Shown here: positions 44,957-54,967 of the stretch, piece after piece
Layout: each line of letters begins with the position of its first letter
Numbering within the stretch: position 1 is the stretch's first letter
NCBI GenBank assembly: GCA_963755915.1
Contig: CAVWLP010000002.1
Coordinates: 3,488,001 to 3,552,000 of the forward strand
DNA from: an uncultured Phycisphaerales bacterium
GTDB lineage: Bacteria; Planctomycetota; Phycisphaerae; Tepidisphaerales; Tepidisphaeraceae
Direction: 5' to 3'
Length of the DNA stretch: 64,000 nt
Position numbers and translations under genes: made by a program
Notes under the pieces: generated by a model
The model's database searches: none
What the model was told of the DNA's origin: nothing
What the model saw: only the letters and a program-made list of their open reading frames with translations

Positions 44957-45808
44957 ATGCAGACAGTGCAAAAGTCAGGATTTTGTCAGCAAAGTAGGTT
45001 TGCCGTTCGCGTGGATCATCTGCTAGGGCAATACCAGCACGGTCACTCATTTGCCGGTGCGATGGTGGCGGATTGGATTGGCCGGAAAACGGAATGGGAG
45101 ATCGCCGAAGTGCAATTTATGCGGGACACAGACATTTCGACCCCGGATGCTCGTGAGTATTGGGAGTCAAAACTATCGCGTGTACAACGGGGCGACGAGT
45201 ATAGCCGTTCATTTCGGATCGTGGATGACTTGGATTATGCCGTTTACGCCCTGGCACTGCGGGATTCCGTTCCCGGTTTTGAAAAAGTCTACGGCAACGA
45301 TCCACACAGATTCTACGGCGACGAGCTTATTCAGAATGGATACCGCTACGCTGGGTCCGCCGTGACCCTATCCGATGGAAGCATCCAGCCCGGCATCTAT
45401 GGGTTCATCCATCGCCCCCAAATTTGGGACGAATCCCTTGCAGCTTTGAAACGCCAGTTGGAATCTCTCGTAACGCATTCGCGTCGGCAGCAAGCCGAAC
45501 CCGCTCGCCAACGAAAGCGGTCAAGTATCCGGGGCGTGAGTAGCACAGTTCTTGTGGCCAAAATAGCGGACCTACGGAGAGAGAAGCCGGACATTACCAC
45601 GCCGCAAATCGCGGAAGAATTAGACTGTGACAAGAGCGCGTTGTACCGTCGTGCGGAGGAAAATACGACCCTCGACAAAATTCTCAACTCCACCGCAACT
45701 GCAACCAGCCAATCCATTTCGACGGTGGAGGATCGTGGCGGAGCACACAGCAAAAAAGACCGCATCAACTCCGATCATTCCCGCCGTGATACTGACGACG
45801 ATGAATAA
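44957..45808 (+). CDS. Hypothetical regulator with C-terminal HTH
   Basis: ITTPQIAEELDCDKSALYR. Confidence 0.55.
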   Translation: MQTVQKSGFCQQSRFAVRVDHLLGQYQHGHSFAGAMVADWIGRKTEWEIAEVQFMRDTDISTPDAREYWESKLSRVQRGDEYSRSFRIVDDLDYAVYALALRDSVPGFEKVYGNDPHRFYGDELIQNGYRYAGSAVTLSDGSIQPGIYGFIHRPQIWDESLAALKRQLESLVTHSRRQQAEPARQRKRSSIRGVSSTVLVAKIADLRREKPDITTPQIAEELDCDKSALYRRAEENTTLDKILNSTATATSQSISTVEDRGGAHSKKDRINSDHSRRDTDDDE

Positions 45809-45812
45809 GGCA

Positions 45813-45899
45813 TAGCAACTGCCTTAGCAACTGGATAGCAACTACTCCCACCTGAAAACACCGGGGAATCCATCATTTTAGCAACTCTGGCCAGCAACT
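45813..45899 (+). repeat. Five direct (T/C)AGCAACT repeats, operator/iteron-like
   Basis: Copies at 45813, 45825, 45836, 45879 and 45892. Confidence 0.7.
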
Positions 45900-45973
45900 C
45901 CGGCCCAAGGGTACAGCAGCCGCGGCGTTGTCGGCCAGAATCAGCGTTCAATGGTTTTTACCGGAGATTGTCC

Positions 45974-46177
45974 ATGCCTCTTACCGTATCTGACGTGGCC
46001 AAACGATTAGGCGTCCGGCCACAGGATATTTCAAGTTTGTTTTACAGGCAAAAGTTGCGGGATGATGAATGCCCCGTTGTCGCCGGGCGTCGATTGATCC
46101 CTGAGCATTACATTGACTTCATCGCAATGGCCTTGCGCCGGGAAGGCAAGTTGCTGCTGAAAGGGGAACAACGATGA
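45974..46177 (+). CDS. Small HTH DNA-binding protein
   Basis: LTVSDVAKRLGVRPQDIS.LFY. Confidence 0.65.
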   Translation: MPLTVSDVAKRLGVRPQDISSLFYRQKLRDDECPVVAGRRLIPEHYIDFIAMALRREGKLLLKGEQR

Positions 46178-46380
46178 ACGATTCAAACCTGAGTGTGCCC
46201 ACTCTTGTCAGTCCGAAAACAACCGCCGCAATTTTGGACATTTCGATTCGTTCCCTTTGGAGAATCGTCTCGACGGGGGAGTTGAAGCCCGTGCGGTTGA
46301 CGGGACGCATCGTGAGGTTCAAAGCAATGGATATCCAATCTTTTATTGATGCGAAAGCTGGTATCACCCATGCTTCCTGA
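46174..46380 (+). CDS. AlpA/excisionase-like HTH protein
   Basis: TAAILDISIRSLWR...GEL.PVRL.GRIVRF...DI..FI. Confidence 0.8.
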   Translation: MNDSNLSVPTLVSPKTTAAILDISIRSLWRIVSTGELKPVRLTGRIVRFKAMDIQSFIDAKAGITHAS

Positions 46381-48403
46381 ACAACTATCGCCAGAGCGGA
46401 TGCGAGAATTGAGCATAAAGTTTAAGAAGCATTTCACTCCGCCGGTCCCAACTGCGCGACGATTTAATCTTGAGAATCTGCGCAACAACGTCCCTGCCTA
46501 CATGCAGGACTTGTGCATTTGGGTGGCGTGGAAGTTTGGGCCACCCGAACGCAACGGGAAAAAACGAGCAAAGATTCCGTACACCATCAACGGCGATCTT
46601 GCCAGCAGCACCGATCCTGAGACTTGGAGCAGACAGGCCGATGTATTAAATGCGTTGGCGGGTGGTCGCTATGACGGGGTAAACTTTGCGACCGGCTTGC
46701 ATGAGGATGGATACTACTATTTGTCCATCGACATTGATGATGCTTTCGATGTTAACAGCAATCTCACACCGGATGCGAAGAAGATCATAGAATTGGCGCG
46801 CTCTTATGCCGAGCGTTCTCCCAGCGGCAAAGGTGTTCGGATCATCCTTCGCAGTCGGACCCCGTGCATACTCACTCGCCATCGCATCGCGGGTTGGAAC
46901 GTGGAAGTGGAATGGGGCGGAAAATTCCAAAGCGTAACCGGCAACCACATTGGCGGCACGCCGGATGAGTTGTCCGATGGCCAGGATGCCATTGCCTACA
47001 TCCAACGGCGTTTCGCTGAATTGGCAAACCCGAATGATGTCTGTGTGGGCGAGCCGGGCCAGTCACGTTTCTCTGACGATAATTTGATCCGCCGTGCGAG
47101 CCGAGCCAAGAACGGAAAACGGTTCGATGATCTTATGTCCGCCAAACCGTTCACGAACGAATCGGAAGCAGATTTTGAGTTGGCCTGCATCGTTTCCTTT
47201 TGGAGTAATAGGGATCACAACCAAATTGAGCGGATAATTTCCAACTGCCCTCGTGGCCAGCGTGCTAAGTGGAAGAATCGCCCCGATTATCGACGCAGCA
47301 CGATTGAGGCTGCAATACGTGCCACGGCCAATACATTCGGTTCGGGTGAAACGTCAAAGGAAAAGCATCCGGTTTCTCAGCCGATCATTGTTTGTTTGTG
47401 CGACGTGGAAGCCCGGCCCGTGAATTGGCTTTGGCCGAACCGAATCCCCTTCGGCAAAATCACACTGCTTGCTGGATACCCAGGCTACGGAAAAAGTTTT
47501 GCCACACTGGATATGGCGATGCGAGTTTCTACCGGCACGGCTTGGCCCGATGGCCCGGCTTGCCCAATTGGTGACGTGCTGATTATCAGCGCCGAAGATG
47601 ATCCGGCAGATACCTTGCGGCCCCGGCTCGATGGGATGGGTGCGGATGTAACCCGCATCCAAATCCTCTCAATGGTTCAAAATCCGAACGATGCCGGAGA
47701 GCGGATGTTTTCATTGTTGGACCTACTAGCCCTTGAATCGGCGATTCAACAAATACCCGCGTGTAAGCTCATCATCATTGATCCAATCGGGTCATTCGTC
47801 GGCGGAGAAACCAATACCGACAAAGACAATCAAGTGAGATCGGTGCTGGCCCCGGTCGCAAAGCTGGCCGAACAGTACGGCGTTGCGGTTTTGATTGTGG
47901 CTCATCGTCGTAAGGCATCCGGCGAACGGGCCGACGATTCGATTCTCGGATCGGTCGGCTTCGTCGGCATTGCCCGCGCCACAATGCACCTTGTCCGCGA
48001 CCGTGACGACAAAGAACGGAGGTTGCTATTGCCCGGCAAAAATAACCTCGCACCAGAAGGCACGGGATTGGCTTTCAAGATCATTGGCAGGCCGGGAATC
48101 GTGCAGTGGGAACCGGAACCCGTCACTGTGCGAGCGGATGATTTCTTCTCCGCCCAACAGGACAGCAAGCCCGGCCCCGATCCCACGGCCCGCAATGAAG
48201 CCGGGCAATGGCTGGTGAGTCTTTTGGCTGACGGAAAGGAAGTTGCGGTGAAGGACATCAAAGCCGGGGCGACGGCGATGGGGCACGCATGGGCAACGGT
48301 CAAGCGAGCGGCTGATGGTTTGCCCATAGTCAAGCGTTGGGGTGGTCCGGGGGAGCCGGGTTACTGGCGGATTCCAACGCCGGGTGCTTCCGATGCAGTC
48401 TGA
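46370..48403 (+). CDS. Primase (Prim-Pol/NrS-1-like) fused to an AAA_25/RepA-type helicase
   Basis: KIPY...ASSTDPETW, IDIDD, E.SPSGKG and SEADF; Walker A GYPGYGKS, IIIDPI, VAH and KNNL. Confidence 0.88.
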   Translation: MLPEQLSPERMRELSIKFKKHFTPPVPTARRFNLENLRNNVPAYMQDLCIWVAWKFGPPERNGKKRAKIPYTINGDLASSTDPETWSRQADVLNALAGGRYDGVNFATGLHEDGYYYLSIDIDDAFDVNSNLTPDAKKIIELARSYAERSPSGKGVRIILRSRTPCILTRHRIAGWNVEVEWGGKFQSVTGNHIGGTPDELSDGQDAIAYIQRRFAELANPNDVCVGEPGQSRFSDDNLIRRASRAKNGKRFDDLMSAKPFTNESEADFELACIVSFWSNRDHNQIERIISNCPRGQRAKWKNRPDYRRSTIEAAIRATANTFGSGETSKEKHPVSQPIIVCLCDVEARPVNWLWPNRIPFGKITLLAGYPGYGKSFATLDMAMRVSTGTAWPDGPACPIGDVLIISAEDDPADTLRPRLDGMGADVTRIQILSMVQNPNDAGERMFSLLDLLALESAIQQIPACKLIIIDPIGSFVGGETNTDKDNQVRSVLAPVAKLAEQYGVAVLIVAHRRKASGERADDSILGSVGFVGIARATMHLVRDRDDKERRLLLPGKNNLAPEGTGLAFKIIGRPGIVQWEPEPVTVRADDFFSAQQDSKPGPDPTARNEAGQWLVSLLADGKEVAVKDIKAGATAMGHAWATVKRAADGLPIVKRWGGPGEPGYWRIPTPGASDAV

Positions 48404-48415
48404 GAGTGTGATATT

Positions 48416-48512
48416 GAGCCAAGGGAGATTGAGCTATGGGAAATTTCGCTAAAATCAGGGGTGTACCCTCATTATTTCGCAAATAGCGCTTAGCTCAAAG
48501 TCGCTTGGCTCA
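48416..48512. repeat. Nested inverted repeats downstream of the primase-helicase (candidate origin)
   Basis: tgagccaag..ttgagcta ... tagctcaa..cttggctca. Confidence 0.55.
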
Positions 48513-48658
48513 CATTCGCTCTCACGGTGCTGTCCTAAGCAACGCCCGTCCGAGCAGTGAAGATTGGAGGCCGAATGTCGCAATAAGCTGTATTTAATAT
48601 GGTCATCATATACGTTACAGATAAACCTTTTTGATCGCATCAATTGAGGAGTTTAACC

Positions 48659-49078
48659 ATGAGTGAGTATCTTTCCCGAAAGCAATTCGGACCCGTGCTT
48701 GTGACCATCGACAGTATGTCCCTAACCGGCGTGAATCTCCGATTTGAGTCCGTAGAAGGCGAAGTCCGCGTCACCGACAATTCTAAGGAAAGCGTCGCCC
48801 TGTGCTCGGACGTTGGTGTGTTTTCTTCGGCAGAAATGTTCCGCTGGCTTGGTGATGAAATCATGCGACTTCAAACAATCAAAAACACTGTTGACGCTGT
48901 GGAGGCCGATATGCGGCCCCGCGTCCAGCGGATGATTGATGATGCGTTCGCAGCCAAGGCATATTCATTGCGGGATATGGACCACATGAGTTTTCAGGTT
49001 GGATATCAGGAAAACAAAGATCGTGATCGGGCAGAGCGCCAGTCAAACGGCGATACAGAGAATGGCGGTGCTGCATGA
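48659..49078 (+). CDS. Hypothetical protein
   Basis: RBS gaggag; 139-aa ORF. Confidence 0.6.
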   Translation: MSEYLSRKQFGPVLVTIDSMSLTGVNLRFESVEGEVRVTDNSKESVALCSDVGVFSSAEMFRWLGDEIMRLQTIKNTVDAVEADMRPRVQRMIDDAFAAKAYSLRDMDHMSFQVGYQENKDRDRAERQSNGDTENGGAA

Positions 49079-49356
49079 GCGGATACCCCGATGAAGCCAG
49101 ACTCCCTAATGTCATTCGCGCGAGTCGTCTTCATTTGATCTTGGCCGAATGGATCGGGCTGAAAATTAGTCGGCAGCGCGTGAATCAATGGATTCATCAG
49201 GGTGTGCGCGGTTATGTGTTGGCTGCTGAGAAACGCCCCGATCCCGCCCGGCCCTCAGCCGAAATTCTTGTTGTGCGCCGGGAAGACTTGTGTCAATTCC
49301 TGCGCGATGCGTTGGGTATCTCGATTGTGCGCACTCAGATAATCCAAAAAGCATGA
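49075..49356 (+). CDS. Small HTH/excisionase-like protein
   Basis: ISRQRVNQWIHQGVRG; immediately upstream of the integrase. Confidence 0.55.
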   Translation: MSGYPDEARLPNVIRASRLHLILAEWIGLKISRQRVNQWIHQGVRGYVLAAEKRPDPARPSAEILVVRREDLCQFLRDALGISIVRTQIIQKA

Positions 49357-49399
49357 TGCGGATTTTCATGTTATATTGATCGCAACGGGAGTAAATGCA

Positions 49400-50821
49400 A
49401 TGGCAAGTGTATTCAAACGTGGTGGGAAAGCTAACCGGCTTGGCCACTACACTGCATCGTGGTTCGATGAACATGGCAAGCGCGTGAGCCGATCCACAGG
49501 TACAGCAGACTTTGACGTGGCAAATCAAATCGCGGCCAAGTGGGAAACAGACACGGCCCTTCGCAAATCTGGCATCATCAATTCATCGCAAGCCCGTGTT
49601 GCCGATCATAATCAGACACCAATTGCTCAGCACGTTGCCGAATACATCGCCCACTGCAAGCATTTGGGACAGGACCATGTACACGTTTCCAACAAAGAGA
49701 CACAGTTGGACAAGTTGATTGAGAAAACGGGCGCTTCGCGGCTATCAGATATTGATCCGCACAAGGTTGAACGATACTTGGCGGGGCTGATTAAAGCTGG
49801 CAAGTCGCATCGAACGCACAATCAGCACCGTGCAACCGCTGTTTCGTTTTGCGAATGGCTTGTTGAGCAAACCCGCATTGCATCGAATCCGTTGACGATT
49901 GTTCCAACGCTCAATGAGGCGAAGGATCGGCGACGTGTTCGCCGGGCGATGAGCGAAAATGAACTATCGAAATTGCTGGCCGTATCGGATGGACGCAAGC
50001 CTTATTATGAATTTGCCTACTACACGGGCTTGCGAGTGAAGGCGGTTAAGGCGGCTGTCTGGGGCGACGTGGATTTTGACGCGGCAATGATCCGCGTGAA
50101 AGTCGGCAATGCCAAAGGCAAAAAGGACGATATCTACTTGCCGCTGCATCCGGCCCTGGCGGCTACGCTTCAAGCCATCAAACCCGCCTTCACCCTGGCA
50201 ACCACGCGAATCTTCAAGGCCGTGCCGACTGTCCGCACGTTCCACCGTGATTGCGAGCGGGCTGGCATCGCCCGGTACGACGCGGAAGGGCGGCAGTTGG
50301 ATCGCCACGCGCTGCGGACTACCCTTGGCACTCACCTTGCCCGTGCTGGTGTATTGCCTCAATCGGCGATGCGAGTGCTGGGGCATTCGGACGTGCGTAT
50401 CACGATGAAGCATTACACGGCGTTGAGGATTGAGGATACGGCCAAGGCGGTTCAAGCACTGCCGACTATTGAGCCGAGCAAGGCGGTTGCCAGCAACGTG
50501 GAAGCGATGAAGGCCACGGGTACGGATGGCAAGTCATCAGAAAAACCATCGCCCTCGAAAGTAGCAGGTGCTGGACGACAGCAGAATCGACAGCAGTTGT
50601 GCGGCTCCATGACGCATGACCCGGCATTGCCTGTCGCTAATGGCGACAAAGAAAATCCCGATGGTATGAAAATGCCGGCGCTCCATTTCGCTCGGAAAAA
50701 CAAGGGTTTTGACACTGCCGAGCATTGCGTGTCACTACCTGACTTGAACCAAACGAGCGAAAGCGATAGCATCGAAAAAGTACGGGCGATTGGCGCAGTT
50801 GTCCAACTGACCATTTCATAA
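49400..50821 (+). CDS. Tyrosine recombinase / phage integrase
   Basis: YTGLR, HALR, LGHS and MKHY catalytic motifs; the ORF reads through the att site (RAIGAV). Confidence 0.93.
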   Translation: MASVFKRGGKANRLGHYTASWFDEHGKRVSRSTGTADFDVANQIAAKWETDTALRKSGIINSSQARVADHNQTPIAQHVAEYIAHCKHLGQDHVHVSNKETQLDKLIEKTGASRLSDIDPHKVERYLAGLIKAGKSHRTHNQHRATAVSFCEWLVEQTRIASNPLTIVPTLNEAKDRRRVRRAMSENELSKLLAVSDGRKPYYEFAYYTGLRVKAVKAAVWGDVDFDAAMIRVKVGNAKGKKDDIYLPLHPALAATLQAIKPAFTLATTRIFKAVPTVRTFHRDCERAGIARYDAEGRQLDRHALRTTLGTHLARAGVLPQSAMRVLGHSDVRITMKHYTALRIEDTAKAVQALPTIEPSKAVASNVEAMKATGTDGKSSEKPSPSKVAGAGRQQNRQQLCGSMTHDPALPVANGDKENPDGMKMPALHFARKNKGFDTAEHCVSLPDLNQTSESDSIEKVRAIGAVVQLTIS

Positions 50822-50977
50822 CCACGATTTATATAGAGAGTTACAGGGGGGCGCTCTGACCGTGTGCCTTTAGTGTGCCAAAATCTGCACGGGATGGATT
50901 GTCGGCACACTCAGTCGCGTAATCTTTGCACAGACATTGTAGGCAGGAAATCGCCCATGGATGGAGCGCAGGTGCGG

Positions 50978-51333
50978 TTACTTCGCGTGGGCTGAATCGT
51001 GGGCACCAAAGGGCAGGAATGGGGTATGCCGGGCATCGTACTGGCGGGCGATCCGGCGCTCGTCTGCCGTTACAGGCAGTGGTTCAAATTGCGGCTTACG
51101 TCCGCCGAAGCGCCGCTTCAATTCTCGCTCGCTACGATTTGCTTCCCGCGTGTACCTAGATTTGAGCCGGGCATAGTAGCGATACGCTGGTGTGCCGGGA
51201 ATAAGAGCACGACGCATATACCGTTCAGTCTGTGTGACAGCGTTGTATTCGATGCCCATTACGGACATTTCAACGGACCCGGCCAATAGCTTGTATTGGC
51301 GGATCGTCGATACCAAATCTCCGTAGTCGCTCA
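50978..51333 (-). CDS. Hypothetical protein
   Basis: ORF with an RBS-like ggggga, downstream of ardC. Confidence 0.45.
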
Positions 51334-51404
51334 TGTTCAGTCCCCCATTTGTTCCACGACATTGCGGCACTCGCACCGAATGACCGATGCGAGAGCCGGA
51401 AAGT

Positions 51405-52277
51405 CTAGGCATCCGCTGCAATGCTTTGGCCGCGAATCAGGTCCGATGCCCGCTGGGCAGCACCAGCCGCGACGATAACCAATCGTTTGTCGCTGCGGAT
51501 CGTCTTTAACCATCCCGCAATGTAACTCGCCTGATTGTCGATGACCGATGGGTTAATACCCGCGTGGCCACACAGGAAAGCGGACGCCATTTCGGCAACC
51601 AATTCCTCGCGGCCGTAGTCGGATGAGCCAAAGGGTTTGGGTGCAGTATCTAGCTTGCGATCCAGCCGCTTACTATGGCCAGTGCTATGAGCCAATTCGT
51701 GAAACAGGACCGAATAATATTCCTCACCGGACGTGTAGCGCGTAGGTTCGGGCACGCGAACTAAATCGACAGCCGGGCGATAGAATGCCTGATTACCCCC
51801 ATGCTCGATTGTGGGCGGATCGGCGTAGGTTTTGACGATTGCTTCCGCCGCTTCCAACGGTTTGAAGTCAATGGGCTGGAATAACTTTGCATCGGGCGGA
51901 TTGATCCCCTCGCATTGTGCCACGTTGAATACGTTGAAGTATCGCAAGACGGGGATTGTTTTCGGCTTGCCGGTTTTCTCATCCGTGATTGCGTGTTGCT
52001 TCCAGAATACAACCATTGTCGATTTCTCACCCTTGCGAACCGATCCGCCGCGATTCTTAGCCTGATTGAATGTGAGCCAATACGACGATTCATAGCCGTG
52101 AGCGAATGCTTTGACGGCCAGTAGGAACACGTTGACGCCGCGATAGGCTTTGCCGCTTTCCAGATTCATTGGGTGTCCGGCAGTGCCCCGCCCCAGAATC
52201 GGATTGCGCCAAGGGACAACGCCATTATCCAGCATCCGGACAATTTGATCGGTGATTTCCTGATAAAGATCGAACAT
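51405..52277 (-). CDS. ardC: ArdC family antirestriction protein (DUF1738 ssDNA-binding plus zincin domain)
   Basis: DLYQEITD, VPW, YRGVN, WLTFNQA, VRKGEK, VFNV.Q, HELAH.TGH and EELVAE. Confidence 0.92.
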   Translation of the reverse strand: MFDLYQEITDQIVRMLDNGVVPWRNPILGRGTAGHPMNLESGKAYRGVNVFLLAVKAFAHGYESSYWLTFNQAKNRGGSVRKGEKSTMVVFWKQHAITDEKTGKPKTIPVLRYFNVFNVAQCEGINPPDAKLFQPIDFKPLEAAEAIVKTYADPPTIEHGGNQAFYRPAVDLVRVPEPTRYTSGEEYYSVLFHELAHSTGHSKRLDRKLDTAPKPFGSSDYGREELVAEMASAFLCGHAGINPSVIDNQASYIAGWLKTIRSDKRLVIVAAGAAQRASDLIRGQSIAADA

Positions 52278-52291
52278 TGCATTTCCTCCAG

Positions 52292-52537
52292 TTAGGACAA
52301 CTTGACTCCAATTTGTTCCTGTACCCATTCGACAATGCACGAATCACAGGCTTGGACGTGACAACCACCGATGGTGCTTCCCGCCGTAATCTGGTCGCAT
52401 ATTCGGCAGTGTGTTGAATCGTGCTGATTGACGATCCGCATTTGTTCCGCGAATTCAGTGTTTTGCCTCGCGATCAATTCCGCCTCGATTGCGGCTGCGT
52501 CGGCTAGAAATCCCGCGTGTGCTGTTTCGTGTTGCAT
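52292..52537 (-). CDS. Small hypothetical protein with CxxC pairs
   Basis: HCRIC...ACDSC; RBS ggagg. Confidence 0.5.
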   Translation of the reverse strand: MQHETAHAGFLADAAAIEAELIARQNTEFAEQMRIVNQHDSTHCRICDQITAGSTIGGCHVQACDSCIVEWVQEQIGVKLS

Positions 52538-53002
52538 TTGACCCTCCGTTGTTTGTGGTAATTGCAAGACAGATATGCAACACAATTCGTCCGTAGTCAA
52601 ACATGTATTGCGATTATTTAGTTAACAATCATTCGTGCGCGGTGTGTCAGCGGGGCGATTGTTTGGGTGGGGTCCAACCTTGCCCATGACCATGCCGGGT
52701 GGGGCTGGAATCCGATAGTCGAAAAACGGATACGCAAATTCCAAAAATGACTTTCAGTCGGACATTCGGCAGACACAAACGTAGCCTACTCATCCCGGTA
52801 GGCATCGAATCCATTTTTAGACCCCCACCCCGTCGGAATCTGACTCGCAAAATAAATATGCGAAATTTTGGGGCTGTTATCTCACATTGCCGTCAGACGT
52901 GACATTCAATTCACGCAAGCTCGATTACGGGAGATTGAGGATTTGCTGAAGTTGATTGACTGAGGCGTGGTAGGATACGGAGCCATTAAACGCCACCACC
53001 CA

Positions 53003-53470
53003 ATGTTGATGTTGCTTATGTCATTTGCGATGGCATTCATCTTCGCAATCGCATGGGTCATCGTCATGACGTTGACATTGCCCGCGACGGATGAAATGCA
53101 TGGACAGATGCCCTTTGCAGACCCGCTTGTCTTTCCGATCATGTCAATTGGGGCATCAATAAGCGCTGTTCTCACCTTTCCATTCTTTTACTTTTCCCTG
53201 CGCGACCGTCCGCTAAATACATCCGTTTGGATAGTCGTTGGGACTGTGCTGGGAGAAATCGTAATCGTTGTTCCAGTAAACGCGGCAATGGGGCTTCTAG
53301 GATCATTTTTGGCGTTCGGCATCGGAATATATCTAGCCAGGAAATTCACCAAATCCATGATATCCGCAGGCCATTGCGTTAAATGTGGCTACGACCTCCG
53401 GGCCACGCCCGACCGTTGCCCGGAATGCGGGACAATCCCGCCGCCGAAAAAAGAAATCACCGCAACATGA
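53003..53470 (+). CDS. Four-TM membrane protein with C-terminal zinc ribbon
   Basis: ..[31 protein letters not shown]. Confidence 0.8.
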   Translation: MLMLLMSFAMAFIFAIAWVIVMTLTLPATDEMHGQMPFADPLVFPIMSIGASISAVLTFPFFYFSLRDRPLNTSVWIVVGTVLGEIVIVVPVNAAMGLLGSFLAFGIGIYLARKFTKSMISAGHCVKCGYDLRATPDRCPECGTIPPPKKEITAT

Positions 53471-53634
53471 AGTATTCCCACAACGTCGCGTTGCGTTTCA
53501 CGCACCTCAACTATCGCCGGATTCACCAGACGCTTCGCGTCACGCCAGCCATGCAAGCCGGGCTGGCCGATCATGTTTGGGAGCTTGAGGAATTGGTGAA
53601 TCTGATCGGCTAAAGTGCGTTATGATTACAGGCA

Positions 53635-54178
53635 ATGAAACGCTTGCACAAATTGCCACTCAAGGCTGCTGTGGCGATATCGCTGGCTTTGAATATAGCA
53701 TGTGTTGCGGCATACGTTTTCGGCGGAGCAAACCGACATATAACATTCGGTGACGCAACGCGCGGCTCTAAAAGTCAATATGACTTTGAGGTTGACCACA
53801 AAGCGTTCACCGTTAGCAAAAAAATTGGAATTGACCACATCCCGGCGGGCGCACGGTTTCGGACAAAAGAACCGGTTCTCCGTACAATTAGACGATTGGT
53901 ATATCTTTACGAATTGGCACGTCGGAAGTGAAATTGCCGGAGAGTATCCGGATGAAGATAGAGGCATCCACCTAATTTCCGCCCGCGTGCCCTTGTGGTG
54001 GCCTCTAATTCTAACAACGATACTACCCTTTGGTTGGATGACCTCATCGGTTCTCCGGCGACGCCGCGCCAGACCGGGCCATTGCACTTCTTGCGGCTAC
54101 GATCTCCGCGCCACGCCCGACCGATGCCCGGAATGCGGGACAATCCCGCCGCCGAAAAAAGAAATCACCGCAACATGA
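53635..54178 (+). CDS. Two-TM membrane protein with zinc ribbon (one frameshift)
   Basis: [47 protein letters not shown]. Confidence 0.8.
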
Positions 54179-54339
54179 AGTATTCCCACAACGTCGCGTT
54201 GCGTTTCACGCACCTCAACTATCGCCGGATTCACCGGACGCTTCGCGTCACGCCAGCCATGCAAGCCGGGCTGGCCGATCATGTTTGGGAGCTTGAGGAA
54301 TTGGCGGGGCTGATCGGCTGAGCGCGGTACAATTCCGCA

Positions 54340-54836
54340 GTGAATCGGTTCTGCCGATGGCTACTCAACGGGCTCGCCGTAGCATCATCGCTCTTGTGCT
54401 TGGCGTCCGTCTTTGCTTGGGTTAGCAGCTATCACGCCGAAAAGAGCTTTGCGCTGCCTTTCGGCGCTGGTCCGTATTGACATTTGCAAATGGCGATATG
54501 GAAGGCTTCTGGACTGGTCCTGATTCTCGATTCGACAGCTTCAGCGGCGGCTTCAGGATAAGTCATTATGAATCTTTTGTTGGCAGTCTGGATGGACGGA
54601 CAAGAGGTCCCGAATATCCCGGCGTCGCGTATTGGTCTTGGGTAATACATGACTGGTTCATCGTGACCGTACTCATAGCGCCAGCAGTGGGCTTATTTAT
54701 CCATCGTTTCCTTGCAAAGAGAATCACATCAGATGGTTTTTGTTTTCAGTGCGGCTACGACCTTCGGGCCACGCCCGATCGATGCCCGGAATGCGGGACA
54801 ATCCCGCCGCCGAAAAAAGAAATCACCGCAACATGA
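54340..54836 (+). CDS. Two-TM membrane protein with zinc ribbon (one frameshift)
   Basis: GTG start, [49 protein letters not shown]. Confidence 0.8.
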
Positions 54837-54967
54837 AGTATTCCCACAACGTCGCGTTGCGTTTCACGCACCTCAACTATCGCCGGATTCACCAGACGCT
54901 TCGCGTCACGCCAGCCATGCAAGCCGGGCTGGCCGATCATGTTTGGGAGCTTGAGGAATTGGTGGGG

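Larger units (their letters stand above)
41165..50801 (+). mobile_element. 9.6-kb integrative satellite/PICI-like element bounded by 18-bp att repeats (tRNA 5' end)
   Basis: gggcgattggcgcagttg at 41165-41182 and 50784-50801; carries integrase, primase-helicase and AlpA-like HTH genes; lower GC; no virion genes. Confidence 0.85.

Noticed and set aside
41165-52600. Full prophage or conjugative element
   Set aside because: No terminase, capsid, tail, relaxase or T4SS genes are recognisable in the window.
53417-54962. CRISPR array or classical integron
   Set aside because: The repeats are 180 bp with about 500-bp coding spacers. There are no cas genes, no attC RYYYAAC/GTTRRRY boxes and no IntI-type integrase adjacent.
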